DNA from: Phoronis australis
Lineage: Eukaryota; Animalia; Phoronida
Reading direction: 5' to 3'
NCBI GenBank assembly: GCA_002633005.1
Contig: NMRA01000019.1
Location: forward strand, 173,555 to 237,554
Length of the DNA stretch: 64,000 nucleotides
Part shown: positions 47,048-60,200 of the stretch, piece after piece
Layout of the letters: each line of letters begins with the position of its first letter
How positions within the stretch are numbered: position 1 is the stretch's first letter
The notes under the pieces: generated by a model
What the model was told of the DNA's origin: nothing
What the model saw: only the letters and a program-made list of their open reading frames with translations
The model's database searches: none
Program-made: the position numbers and the translations under genes

Positions 47048-50000
47048 GTAAGCGAAATAAAGTCTGGTGGCCAGCGCATCGTAAGACAAAACATAAATTA
47101 CTAGCTGTACTCGCGAGCACAGGCGTCCTCCGCTTCTGATCGTCCCCAATTATACACTACATATAATACACCTATATGTAGTGTATTGGGGACGATCAGA
47201 AGCTGAGGACGCCTGTAATCGCGAGTAGGCCTACTGTGCGCTATGGTGGCTAACGACTTGTGCGGTTGTGCTGAACAGAAACCGACTTCTTTGGTAGACA
47301 TTTCGACGGCTTACGCCTTTACGCTTACAGTAGGGTCTACACGTACTTAGGCCCACCAGGCGAAAAGAATGGAAACGGTCACATCTGGAGCTTTTTGGAC
47401 CTGACTCAACCACAGTTGTGGCTTCAAGCAGCTTGAATAGGCCACTTAACAATTGGTCAGCTGTCCGAATCCTATGTATAGAGAATGCAGATACTAGTAG
47501 GCATGGTGCTTCTTACGGGCAACATAGAAAACTGAGAATTGCCCATCTAAGCGCGGTGCAAACCATGGTGAGTCCTAGGGCCAGTTCCCAGAAACTGACT
47601 TACCCTGTAAGTTCATTTTTGACTTAAGTTTAAGATTTGTCTTAACTTCCAAACTTTGTCACTTCCACATTCGGTAAGTAAGTCAAAATTAAGACAAAAC
47701 TTATGTCCAACTTAAGATCTCTTTCTTGAATTGGTTTTGAGCCAAATTCAACTTTTATTTTAAAATCTGTTAAAACTTAATATTTGTCTGAGCTAAGTCA
47801 GCCCCAGATTTCTACAAAATGGGAAATAAAACGTGTCATTTGAACACTGTGATAATATGTGGCATCTGCAATTAAATGCAAAATTATGAAATAGACTGCT
47901 GGCTAGTTGACTTAATCAATCCATAGAGGTTTAAGAATGGGGAGTAAAAATGTTTACATGGCAGCCAAAAAATAGGTTTTCTGATTTGGTGGACTATTCA
48001 TAATGTTTATGCATTTTTTGTAATGTATCACTTATTTTTTCTGGAGGACCAGCTCTATGATATTTGAACCACTCCCTATAGAAAGATAAAATATTCGGTG
48101 ATTTAGTAAAAAAACAATAAATTTATATCTACAGAATATTCACAATTTACGTAAGGTATGGAAACAATTTTCAATATTGCAAGAAATGAACTTGTACATG
48201 TATTAAGGAATGATGATTCATTATTTTTTGCCAAAGCCATGTTACTTAAAATTCTATCAACAAAGATTTACTTTTGCAAAAAAAGCGCAAGTTGAGTAAA
48301 TGCATGACTAGACTGGCGAAACAAATTTGATACTCTGTTTGAGCTGACCCTTGCTAATGACTGCATGAGATTTTGGAAGCACTTTCTGAGGAACTGGAGA
48401 ATAGCTGAGATGAATTCATGAAAGGCCAATTGGTCAAAACCTGTCCCGGATGGATTGAACTTATAAAGAGAATAATCAACAAAATATTTTACAAACTTGG
48501 GAAAATGTAACTATTTGAAGAAGTATATTTCAAAATTATTTCAATCAATTTTTTTGGTGGAAGTACATATTAATTTAGTAATACTTGTTACTCGAGGGAT
48601 TTTGATTTACAGACATTAAACTGCCAAAATATTTNNNNNNNNNNNNNNNNNNNNNNNNNNNNNNNNNNNNNNNNNNNNNNNNNNNNNNNNNNNNNNNNNN
48701 NNNNNNNNNNNNNNNNNNNNNNNNNNNNNNNNNNNNNNNNNNNNNNNNNNNNNNNNNNNNNNNNNNNNNNNNNNNNNNNNNNNNNNNNNNNNNNNNNNNN
48801 NNNNNNNNNNNNNNNNNNNNNNNNNNNNNNNNNNNNNNNNNNNNNNNNNNNNNNNNNNNNNNNNNNNNNNNNNNNNNNNNNNNNNNNNNNNNNNNNNNNN
48901 NNNNNNNNNNNNNNNNNNNNNNNNNNNNNNNNNNNNNNNNNNNNNNNNNNNNNNNNNNNNNNNNNNNNNNNNNNNNNNNNNNNNNNNNNNNNNNNNNNNN
49001 NNGTATTGGGGACGATCAGAAGCTGAGGACGCCTGTGCTCGCGAGTAGGCCTACTGTGCGCTATGGTTGGCTAACGACTTGTGCGGTTGTGCTGAACAGA
49101 GACCGACTTCTTTGGTAGACATTTCGACGGCTTACGCCTTTACGGCGTAAAGGCTTTACGGTTACAGTAAGGTCTACACGTACTTAGGCCCACCAGGCGA
49201 AAAGAATGGAAACGGTCACATCTGGAGCTTTTTGGACCTGACTCAACCACAGTTGTGGCTTCAAGCAGCTTGAATAGGCCACTTAACAATTGGTCAGCTG
49301 TCCGAATCCATGTATAGAGAATGCAGATACTAGTAGGCATGGTGTTTCTTACGGGTAACATAGAAAACTGAGAATTGCCCATCTAAGCGCGGTGCAAACC
49401 ATGGTGAGTCCTAGGGCCAGTTCCCAGAAACTGACTTACCCTGTAAGTTCATTTTTGACTTAAGTTTAAGATTTGTCCTAACTTCCAAACTTTGACACTT
49501 CCACATTCGCTAAGTAAGTCAAAATTAAGACAAAACTTATGTCCAACTTAAAATCTCTTTCTTGAATTGGTTTTGAGCCAAATTCAACTTTTATTTTAAA
49601 ATCTGTTAAAAATTAATATTTGTCTTAGCTAAGTCAGCCCCAGATTTCCACAAAATGGGAAATAAAACGTGTCATTTGAACACTGTGATAATATGTGGCA
49701 TCTGCAATTAAATGCAAAATTATGAAATAGACTGCCATCTCACAGAGGAAGTTACTGACGTGCTGGCTAGTTGACTTAATCAATCCATAGAGGTTTAAGA
49801 ATAGGGAGTAAAAATGTTTACATGGCAGCCAAAAAATAGGTTTTCTGATTTGGTGGACTGTTCCATAATGTTTATGCATTTTTTGTATCACTTATTTTTT
49901 CTGGAGGACCAGCTCTATGATATTTGAACCACTCCCTATAGAAAGATAAAATATTCGGTGATTTAATAAAAAAACAATAAATTTATATCTACAGAATATT

Positions 50001-53000
50001 CACAATTTACTTAAGGTATGGAAACAATTTTCAATATTGCAAGAAATGAACTTGTACATGTATTAAGGAATGATGATTCATTATTTTTTGCCAAAGCCAT
50101 GTTACTTAAAATTCTATCAACAAAGATTTACTTTTGCAAAAAAAAGCGCAAGTTGAGTAAATGCGTGACTAGACTGGCGAAACAAATTTGATACTCTGTT
50201 TGAGCTGACCCTTGCTAATGACTGCATGAGATTTTGGAAGCACTTTCTGAGGAACTGGAGAATAGCTGAGATGAATTTATGAAAGGCCAATTGGTCAAAA
50301 CCTGTCCCAGATGGATTGAACTTATAAAGAGAATAATCAACAAAACATTTTGCAAACTTGGGAAAATGTAACTATTTGAAGAAGTATATTTCAAAATTAT
50401 TTCAATCAATTTTTTGGTGGAAGTACATATTAATTTAGTAAAACTTGTTACTTGAGGGATTTTGATTTACAGACATTAAACTGCCAAAATATTTCAACTT
50501 CAAGGTTAGAAGTTTTACAGGATGGTGCAGTGTATCTGTTCCCTGAATAAAATAAAAAATGATACAATACTTTGTTTGGATGACATCATTGCTGAATTTT
50601 TTAAATTGTTTTGAGTTGATATTTCTGTCTTTTAATATGATCCTTCAGTGGCAGCTTTTAAAGAAAACATTTGTGTGCTAGTCAGCATCAGGGTATAATA
50701 TCAGTTTTTCTTCAGGGAAATAAACCCACATTTTTTTCATTATTGGACATCTACTTTTCTGTTAAAGGAACACTGTCGTTTTACAGCTGCAGTTTTGGGA
50801 TTATTGCTGGGTTAGATATTTTTGAAGTAACTTTGTCCAGAACTACTAGTTTAAGACAATAACAGTAGATTTTTAATTACAAATCGCTGTTGCCTTCTAG
50901 GTTTTCCCTGATATCAAGACCTGTGACTAAATACGCTTAAAATACTCGGCCATGTATTGAGAACGATATGGCTAGCCTACACAGCATTTGGCTACGACAT
51001 GAGAGTTTTGGGTTTGATTCCACGTTAGTACTGATTTCAGAAAATGATGTGTTGCTGGCTGACAATGTCACTTTAAATAGGATGCATAAAATTCTTTCAA
51101 AGAATCTCGACGTCTTTATTTTTCACAGCGTTTTCACTACTGTTATGCACCATTCCTGTCCCGTTAAACTCAAGAAATTTCCAACGTCAATATCTAATCT
51201 AGAATCAAGTTCGAATCATTGAACTTGACAAACAAGCCTATTTTGCTGGTACTATACACAATGCTGTGGTAGTACGGTAAGTGGGACAGAGCTTGCAGTC
51301 ACACAAAGGAATCAGCAGTTAAAATTTAAATCTAATTTCGGTGATAGTATTTCATAAACAACATCTTCATGACATTTGTTGAACATTGTTTGGAAATAGT
51401 ATTTTTTGAATATTGATAGTTAGGTGTCAGGCGTGTTGTTTACAACGTATTATTGCTGGATCATGTGATGTTATCAAATGAACGCAGACAATTAGGGAGC
51501 TGGACTATGTAAACATTGGTTTGCCAACTTTCTCCCCCTGCTATCACTGTCAAACTGAAAATGACACGGCTGGTAACCCGAAATCGGGAAGTTCACCCCT
51601 CAGCGGGGGAGCGTAGGCCTAACAATATGGTAACATTACTTTATAGTGTAGCTCGTGGTCGGATTTGATGTCAACCCTGTTGGATTTCTGTATACATGCT
51701 ATTGTTTAAGCAACTTTAGCTGGCAGATTTCTGGATAACTGTGATTCAGGGAAGTATTCCTGGATTTTGGATGCCTAATTGCTGTGTCCCTTTGTGACAT
51801 TTGTATTTCTTTATTGAAAATGTTGAACGATGTTCATTGTTTTTAACTTTCTTATTTGATGTTAGTTTGAAAAGGTGGCATAACAGATTTTAACTGAGAA
51901 ACTAATTTATTTATATTCATACAGTCCAAGCCAGGAGAGGTGTCTGCGGCTGTGAAGAGCGCCATAGACGACGGTTACCGCCATATTGATTGTGCTTGGA
52001 TTTATGGTAATGAGGCAGAGGTGGGAACTGGCTTGAAACAAGCGTTTGAATCTGGCGTTGTGGAGCGAAAAGATGTCTTCATCACCAGTAAGGTATGAAT
52101 TATAGGTGGCTGATTTTTATTGATACGAACTTTGCCGACGTCCAAGGCATCAAGGTTGTGCCTGATGTATTGGGGAGGTAAAATTGGTTACTTCTCCAAA
52201 TTCTCATTTAAATTCTGCAGTGTGATTTGATTGTAGACATTATGCTTGATCTATATGGTGTGTTTTCAGCTGTGGAACACATTCCATCGGCACCAAGATG
52301 TCAAGGAAACTCTGAAGGAATCCTTAAAAAACCTGGGCCTGGACTACCTTGATCTTTATTTAATTCACTGGCCAATGGCTTACAAGGTAAATTGATTGCT
52401 TAAAGGTCGCTGTCTGCCTTCGTTACCAAAGTTTTTTTAAGATAACTTTTCAACTATTTATAGTAAATCTGTAAAACTATGCTTTTTATAAAATCCTTGG
52501 GAACCAGAGAATCTCATTTTGCGCACCTCAGAATCTGCTGGTTAGATCAAAGACACCGGCATGCTGTTGTGGTTAATTAAATCACCCAGGCTACAGCTGC
52601 TACCGTTCTCTAGATAATGAAACTTATAATAAACACATTGGGGCAACAATAGTATTATTAAATTTTTGTTTTGAAAGTTTGTTAATTGCATATTTGAATA
52701 GTTTGTGAAAAGCACACGTGACACCGTTTTTGAAAAGCTTGAGTATTGATATGCTTTTAAATGAATTGTTTTGGCAGGCAGTGTTTGCCTGTTAAATGAA
52801 TTCAAGTATGTTTTGTAAGACGCTCGTTGTGTAAATGTTAGTTATTTAGATGTAATGCAAGTAAAGGGATTCAGTGTAGGTGATTCAATGATCTGTTGTG
52901 TTTACACTGTATTTTTCTGGCTTTGCTATCTAGAGCAATAAGGTCACATCTAATTGAGAAACATACCTTATGGGCATGACCAAAGTTGTATTGATTTAAT

Positions 53001-56000
53001 GTTGTGAAAAAATTATGCATGTGTGAGATCTAAACTATCAACATAGTGTAAACAAGTAAGAGTGGGTGTGAAAAGTATACTAAGCTCTAAAGTGATGTAA
53101 ATCTCACAGGAAGGTGGAGAGGCTGTTCCCAAGGATGAAAATGGTAAACGTCTGTACTCCAACTCTGGCTATATGGATGCTTGGAAGGTAAGAGTGTGCT
53201 ATGCTTAGGCCTTATCAGGTAAGAATATGCCATGCTTAGACCTTATTAGGTAAGAGTATGCTATGCTTAGACCTTATCAGGTAAGCTGCAGAATGTACTT
53301 GAGATTATTGCTATGTACTTTACAACAGTCTTACATAATCGCTGTGCACTTGGCGCACAAGTGAGTATGTCAAATATGACAGTTATCATTGGTGCTATGG
53401 TTGATAGCTGGTAAGATGAGATTGTCAATTATGTAACATGGACTCTGTGTACTCATCATTTGCTTGCAAAAAGCTGGGAAAATATTCTTTGCTTCCCATA
53501 TGCTGAATTTAAACCGCAAGGAACCAGCCTTCTGTCAGAAATAACTTAATTTTGACTTGGTGCTGTTTGAAACCGGTCTCAATGTTCATTACTCAGATTA
53601 GAAGGGATTTCTGAGCTATTCGAAGAACCGGCAGTAGTTATTCCTAAAGGCCCAGGGCCAGCCCATAGCCTAGCTGGTTAAGACAAATTACTGTAACTGA
53701 GCCTTGTTTCAATCAACAGCAAACTTTGAGCTCTTCAAAGTCCCAGAAATGACTTTGAACCGAGTTTTCCGATATGCACAATTGATTAAATACACGGCAC
53801 TTGTCGTTATTAACAGTCTTTATTCCGTTACGTTCGTATCCTCAGAACAAAGTTTGACACTCAACAGAACATTGGTGAAGCAACTGACCATGAGACATGA
53901 TTAAAAGACACACGATATTTTGAAACATACGGTACTTGTTTCATTCTCAAGTGGAAATAAAATGACGCAGTAATACCACTGCAGAGCAAAAGCTGGAGAC
54001 ATACACAGTGGGAATTAGGAAAAGTTGAGACCATGGCAAGTGCTAGACATTAAAGAAGTTCATTTTGACAACCACTTTGAACAGACATGTATAAGTTTTG
54101 AAAATTTTTCATAATTCAGTCATTTAATTACATACTTCTTCGAAATAAGATACGATAAATAGTGCAGTCCGTTTGTACTGGTCTTTTGAAGCCTATGATT
54201 ACTTGAAAATGTTATTAGCTCTGTGTGTTCTGTAATGAACAACTATGAAGAGTGAAATAGGGTGACGTCAAAGGTCTCTGTCAACTTCAAGTACAACTTA
54301 ACTTTGCAAGACATGATTTTTCAGAGTCAGTTAATATTCATTGCTTTAAAGTCTCACAAGCTTATGACACAATATGGTATGAACATGTAATGTTGTGTTT
54401 TCTCATGTTTTCAAGAGCTATTTCTTAGCTTTACCGTTAGACTTGTTTTGAAAAATTGCAGGTATTCACAACAATATTTAAAGCTTTTGAAAAATGAAAA
54501 GGAGTAATTTTGGCAGACTACTATTGTCTAAAATTTGTTATACACCAATAAATTTGTGTATTAGGGGTAAGCCTTTGGCAGATACAAAATGGCGTTTTAT
54601 CTTTTTAATTGATTTTTGCTGTCCCAATTTAAAAAATTCATGCTTTGTAACCGTGATTTTCATTCAAGGCAATGGAAGAATGTGTCAAAGAAGGTCTTGT
54701 CAGATCAATTGGTTTATCAAACTTCAACAGTCAACAGATCCAAGAGGTTTATGATAAGGCTACTGTCAAGCCAGCTGTCATTCAAGTGGAGATTCATGCC
54801 TACTTCAGCCAGCGACCTCTGGTGGATTTCTGCCATAAGCTGGGTTTGGCAGTGACTGCTTATAGTCCACTGGCTAATCCCACAATCCCGTGGTATGACT
54901 TGGGAGTTTTCAGCTCTATTTACCTACTTGGTCTCTGGAGACCCTGATTTTCTGTTTTCCAAAAACAATTATAAATCTGGTTGCAGACATCAAATTCTTT
55001 TCTTTCCATTTTGTGTATTAGCAAATTCTCTTTTAATATTTCAAAATGAAAAAAACATATATTGATCTGGAAATTGTCTTATTAAGTTTATCCACTAAGC
55101 TTGCCATGGCTCCATTTTGCCTGATACGTTTCTGCACATCTTCAGAACCAGAGAAAGAACAGTAATGTACCACCTTCAGAAAGAATAAACAATTACCTGT
55201 ACATTTCCGCTACAAATGATCGTTGGTAGCCAGGATTTGCAGCAAGAATCACGGATTTGGATGAAGTATACTTGGCAATTAAAAACTATAAATTACTGGA
55301 ATTAAGGTATCTAGCAACTTATAATTATGTGAATTCCGTTTGAAAGCTCTAATTCTGTAAAAGAAATCAGATTCTGTCTTGTTATCACAAAAATCTGAGT
55401 CTCGAGAGTAGTGTGCCAGGGCATGATTTTAATTTCTAGTGAAAATGAACATCTGTCTAGTCAGTACTCACTTCTACTATTGGTAGTGGTGATGCTTGGA
55501 AAGTGGCATTACTTCAATTGTTCAAAGGTGAAACCAGTGTGTTGATGATAAGAACAAGTTTGTCCTACCAACTGAATTAGAAATTCCTTTCATTGTTTGA
55601 GTTAACACTGCTCATGGATGCAGAAGTTTCCTATGGTGATATATTATTAATCACTCAAGATGTAACCTTGTGTTTTACCAGGGCCAAAGAGGGAGATGCC
55701 AAACTCTTAGATGACGCTAATTTGTCCGAGATTGCAAAGAGAGTCGGTCGGTCACCAGCTCAGGTGCTGCTACGTTACCTGTTACAGCGTAACATCATCG
55801 TCATCCCAAAAAGTGTCACCCCCAGCAGGATCAAGCAGAATATACAGGTAAGTCGAGCATTATTTGTAAGAAATGCAAAATGTTTCTCAGTGCGCCAAGT
55901 CGTGGGTGAAACAGCACTTTTGTCAAGTTATGTATGAGGTTGTTAGTCAGTCCTTTGTACCATGCTATGGTACGGTTTCTTCAAATTATAACACAATATC

Positions 56001-58023
56001 ACAGAACAATGAAATTCAATTTTATCACCATTTTCAACATGAGTAAACAAGAAGATATATTTACTTGAAAGCTTTATGTAGTTCGACTGGCATCAGCAAA
56101 CACAACAAGATTTTGAGCATTTTTGGCAATGCACTGAGCATTGATTGGAAAGAACAAAGAAATGGCAATTTCGGCCGGCCATTCCTTTTGTTCGGATTCA
56201 AGGAAACTTTACCGCATAGGTCATTCAAGCCATTCACTAACACCTAGTATGCTCAGAGACTAGACTTCCACCGAATTTTCAGGTTCAAGATTTCACCTGC
56301 ATCAAGTTAATGTCACCACTAATAATGGTAGGAATGAATCAGTGCATTGTGTGAAGTCTTCAAGAAACAAGTGTGCTTCCCGAAGTAACCCTGAAACTAT
56401 CAAGTCTTATAGTGTGCTAGCAAAATTTCACTGTCGTAATTTCCTAGCTCTTTTTCAGGTATTTGACTTTGAGCTCAGCGAAGAAGACATGAATATCATC
56501 GCTGGTTTCAACCGTGACTTTCGACAATGCCATCTTGAGTGGTAAGTGTGTTTGAGTGGACGCATGTTTGTGAAAGGTGACGCGTAAGTGGCCTCTGACA
56601 GTGAGAGTGCTCCAGAATAGTAGTTTTCCTTGCTTGGAATGACATGCATTTTAAAGTTATGCAGTATCCTAAAAAAATGGCCAAATTTTGCTCCCATTTG
56701 AACATGATATACCAGAAATATTTGATTGAATTCATATGAAACTTTCAAATTCTACGCTTTATTCACTTTTTTCAAACACTGTTAAGAATTGTTTTCAAAA
56801 TGTTCCACTTTTGTATAAGAGGCTAGACTTTTATGAGAAAATTCAAAATTTGCCCATAATGAAACCAAAGTGATAATTTAGAAAACTACGATAGTGATTT
56901 TATCTTGGACATTTAGATTAAACAAAATTTGGCCTTTTTCCTACATTTTACTAAAAAGACATGGTCATGATACCCAAGTGGTTGTACTTTATTGGTAAAA
57001 GTCAAAAATCAAATTCTGCAATTTCTACATTCAAAAAATAGTTAGTTTTAGTTTTGTAGTTATGTGGCTAAATGCAGACTTGCGGTGGTCCCACATAACC
57101 TAAATGTAGAAGGATAATGGAAAAATGTTGGAATTTTAAAAGGTCCAACAGTTTTCCAGTAATGTTGAGGACTTTGATGTGGTACAAGGTTCTTTAACTG
57201 AACAAAGAAAATTATTTTCAATTGAAGTTCAAGGTTTTTTAACGCCGTGCTGTAATGTCTACGTTTTATTTGAGGTCTATTTTTAATTTTAGAACAGGTC
57301 TAAAGGACGAAAACCTAATGTCGGGCTTTTCAACCTTGGATTTGTTTTTTATTACTGTATAACCTTGCAATTGAGCGCATGAGCGTAACTGTAGAGATAT
57401 GCCAAATTCCAGAAGTTAGGTGCATGCGCTTATGTGGGACTTATGAGTGTTAAAATTTTGCGGAAAAAACGGATTGTTCTGCATATAGGAATGAAAAGAA
57501 TCCTACGCTTGCACTCTCAGCAGTGGAGTTGCCCAAACGGGACCGGTTCACTAAATTTAAAAGGTGGTGCTATCTTCAAAAAAATCATCCGCCTTCAGCT
57601 GATGTTATAATTCCCTGGAGATAAACTTGGGCGAACAGATGTAAATTTTTCAAAGATTTTAACAGCATGCAAGCATGTTTGAATACTTTGTGAAAGTACA
57701 CGTGGCTACTAGGTTTTTGAATTTTGAAAATCAGACAAGAAACACGACTTGTATTACCTAAAACTAGAAAGCAGTGCACTGTCAGTGTTTTGGTTCGTTA
57801 ATTATGCTGGGGCGCAACATAATGGGTCAGTTACCAAGGGCCATAAACCAGCAGTTGGAAATTGAGGAAAGTCAAGTGTCATGATACACTTCTGGACATG
57901 AGTTCATGCGTCATCTGCAAGGTTATATGGTTACAGTCTTGCATTCATTGTTATTAAATTATGTTTGCCTTATTTTGTAGGGATAGCGACCATCCAAACT
58001 ACCCATTCAGTATTCCCTTCTGA
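46973..58023 (+). CDS. AKR1: Aldo-keto reductase family 1 (aldose/aldehyde reductase-like); join(46973..47047,51925..52092,52270..52386,53110..53187,54669..54892,55682..55847,56459..56541,57981..58023), 317 aa
   Basis: Eight GT-AG exons, phases consistent, 954 nt. Motifs [68 protein letters not shown] and HPNYPF are present, and the catalytic tetrad D/Y/K/H is intact. Intron positions match those I recall for vertebrate AKR1B1, less two. Subfamily (1A versus 1B) cannot be resolved by eye. Confidence 0.96.
47118..47217. mobile_element. Minimal (about 100 bp) CACAGG-family MITE in AKR1 intron 1
   Basis: Same termini as 8537-9211. Left flank is CTCGCGAG; right flank is ATCGCGAG here and CTCGCGAG in the duplicate after the gap, consistent with an 8-bp TSD. 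Confidence 0.85.
47183..50494 (+). repeat. About 1.45-kb direct duplication across a gap (47183-48634 versus 49003-50494), probable uncollapsed haplotypes
   Basis: Near-identical copies abut the gap exactly; they differ by scattered SNPs and by indels of about 15 and 26 nt. Confidence 0.88.
48635..49002. other. Assembly gap
   Basis: Run of N. Confidence 1.
51925..52092 (+). CDS. AKR1: AKR1 exon 2
   Basis: CATACAG|[34 protein letters not shown]...VFITSK|GTATGA. Confidence 0.96.
52270..52386 (+). CDS. AKR1: AKR1 exon 3
   Basis: TTTTCAG|LWNTFH...[18 protein letters not shown]|GTAAAT. Confidence 0.96.
53110..53187 (+). CDS. AKR1: AKR1 exon 4
   Basis: CTCACAG|[26 protein letters not shown]|GTAAGA. 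Confidence 0.94.
53186..53286 (+). repeat. 31-bp tandem repeat (3 units plus start of a 4th) duplicating the AKR1 exon 4 donor
   Basis: AG|GTAAG at 53188, 53219, 53250 and 53281. Confidence 0.92.
54669..54892 (+). CDS. AKR1: AKR1 exon 5
   Basis: TTCAAG|[20 protein letters not shown]...[13 protein letters not shown](W)|GTATGA. Confidence 0.95.
55682..55847 (+). CDS. AKR1: AKR1 exon 6
   Basis: TTTTACCAG|[11 protein letters not shown]...[32 protein letters not shown]|GTAAGT. Confidence 0.96.
56459..56541 (+). CDS. AKR1: AKR1 exon 7
   Basis: TTTTTCAG|[27 protein letters not shown](W)|GTAAGT. Confidence 0.95.
57981..58023 (+). CDS. AKR1: AKR1 exon 8 (terminal coding)
   Basis: TTTTGTAG|(W)[13 protein letters not shown]; candidate AATAAA signals near 58622 and 58779. 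Confidence 0.93.
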
Positions 58024-58307
58024 AGACCACCATCGAGCTGTCGAGTCTACTATGGTTGAATTCTATCTTTAAGCTCAGTGCTACTATCTAAATTAGGACA
58101 AATCACATGATGAAATGCAACTTTGCCTGGAAAATCTGTTTAATTATATAAGCATGTTTTTCTTGTTTTATCATTAAGTTTTGTCAATTCTTTGGTCATT
58201 TAAAACCTTTATAGCTATCAAATTTCAATTTGTTTTTTTAAATTTAGATGGGATTACAAAGGAGAATTTTGAGATTCTTTAGTGTAGTTATTCACTGAAA
58301 GATCTCA

Positions 58308-58467
58308 TCATGTGACAGATCACGTTATGTGACAGATCGCGTCATGTGACAGATTGCGTCGTGACAGATCGCGTCATGTGACAGATCGCGTCATGTGACA
58401 GATCACATAGCATGACAAATCACATCATGTGACAGATCACGTCATGTGACAGATCACGTCACGTGAC
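58308..58467 (+). repeat. Minisatellite, about 9 x 17 bp (TCATGTGACAGATCRCG) downstream of the AKR1 stop
   Basis: Direct tandem units. Confidence 0.92.
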
Positions 58468-59974
58468 AAGTGTTAGCAAGTTGTTTACCAACGTTATATC
58501 TACATCAGGTAGGCTACTCCTGTTGCTATGAAGTAGATATGACCAGCAACAGCTATTGGCCGAGAACTTGGGTGTGACTGTTTATTTACGATTTGTTATT
58601 GTTATTATGGCATTGTCTTTAAATAAACAAATACCACCCAAAATTTTCCTGCACATTTTTATATGTCAAGACTCCCCCAAAAGTAAACGAACACATTTAC
58701 ATATTGCATATATTTTTAATCAAAGCTTGACAAAATCAAACCACCTCCATTATTTTAATTCGTTGCTTTGTATTTTTCAATAAAATTTGTTATACATCTC
58801 AATTGATAAATAGAATGCGTGAACATTTTAGCAGCTCTGGTTTCACGCATCTATAATATTAGCCCTGCTTACACCAATATGATGTTAACGTAAAATGCAA
58901 ATGGCAGCAATGTGAGAGTTAAAATCCCCATGCAGCGCCACCTACTAGTCCATCACGCAGCGCTAATTTGGTTAAGCTCAAATAAATCGAGACTGTGGCT
59001 GTGAATCTTGTCGTCGCAAGCAGTGACTGAACTCCTTTCAGTACATGTGGTTATCACTGTAATTAGGAATACTAGGACTCGCAGGACCTATAGGAAAAAT
59101 ATTCAAATTTCTCCAAATTTCGAAACGTTTCATCTCAGAAATGACACCAGATTTGCATGAAATGTTATTGATACTAGAATTTATGCATTGTTCTACAACA
59201 TGATTTAGGAATTATTGATTTGCTTCTGCACGAGGGACTTCTATGAAGTTGCAAGACAAGAAGACGGAATAACTTGGCTGTGACAGCATTGTTGACACTT
59301 CATGAACATTTATTTCACATGAAGTATGGTCGCGTTACTGATAACTTTTGTTTTGTAATGGGAGTCTTTTTTAACTAAATTTTATTGAAACGTCATGGCC
59401 ACATCGATGACAGAATGTTAGTGAAATTGTACGAGCTTTCTGCATTCAGAAAATATATACTTTTTGTGTTGAAAATTTCTAGATACTTTGATGAATACAG
59501 ACTTGTTAATATCCTACATAATATCAGGAAGAGATAATATTCATAAATATAATAGTCCCACCTCAAAACATAAACCAAACCAAAAGATGGCGCTGTATGC
59601 GGCTTGAAAGCGATTACATTGGTTCAAGTTTTTGGTCAGCATATGTTCCTTATTATACCCATCAACACCATGGACTGTGCGGATTTCACTGATTGCATGA
59701 ACAGAAAGATCCACTGTTGCTTACTCGATTTATTTGGTTAATTAGAGCTGCATGATACTTACAACATGTTGAGACATTCTCACATGCAGACTGCACAACT
59801 GTAACCGTGTTTGAACAGTAGGTACCTGTAGCATAACACTGTTCTGATAATGAACAACATTCATTATAGAAATTAATGGGTCTTACACGAGACTATTTAA
59901 CATACTCTACATGTACTATGGTACATAATATATTTCAAGTAAAACAACTTCTACCACTGGCAATGCCTAATTCA

Positions 59975-60200
59975 TGCGAATCTTTGTCTCCAGCTCTAAT
60001 GCCCCTTTGGATACAAATAAATTCCACCATTGAAATCTAGTTGTTTGCTTCCCCGTTAGAAAAAATTCTGTCGTGCTTAACAAAACGGACATTAGTATCC
60101 TTCAACTTCAGCAAGCTGAAGATAGGTGGAGAGGTCAATACAACTGTGATAGTCAGAAGAAACGTGCCCACATTTTGAGAACCAGTTTTCTCCATTGAAC
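59975..60200 (-). pseudogene. Possible degenerate SGNH/esterase fragment (LINE ORF1 type)
   Basis: Across frames NVRFVKHDRIF...DFNGGIYLYPKG resembles the D-G-x-H-L-x-x-x-G block; heavily decayed. Confidence 0.3.
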
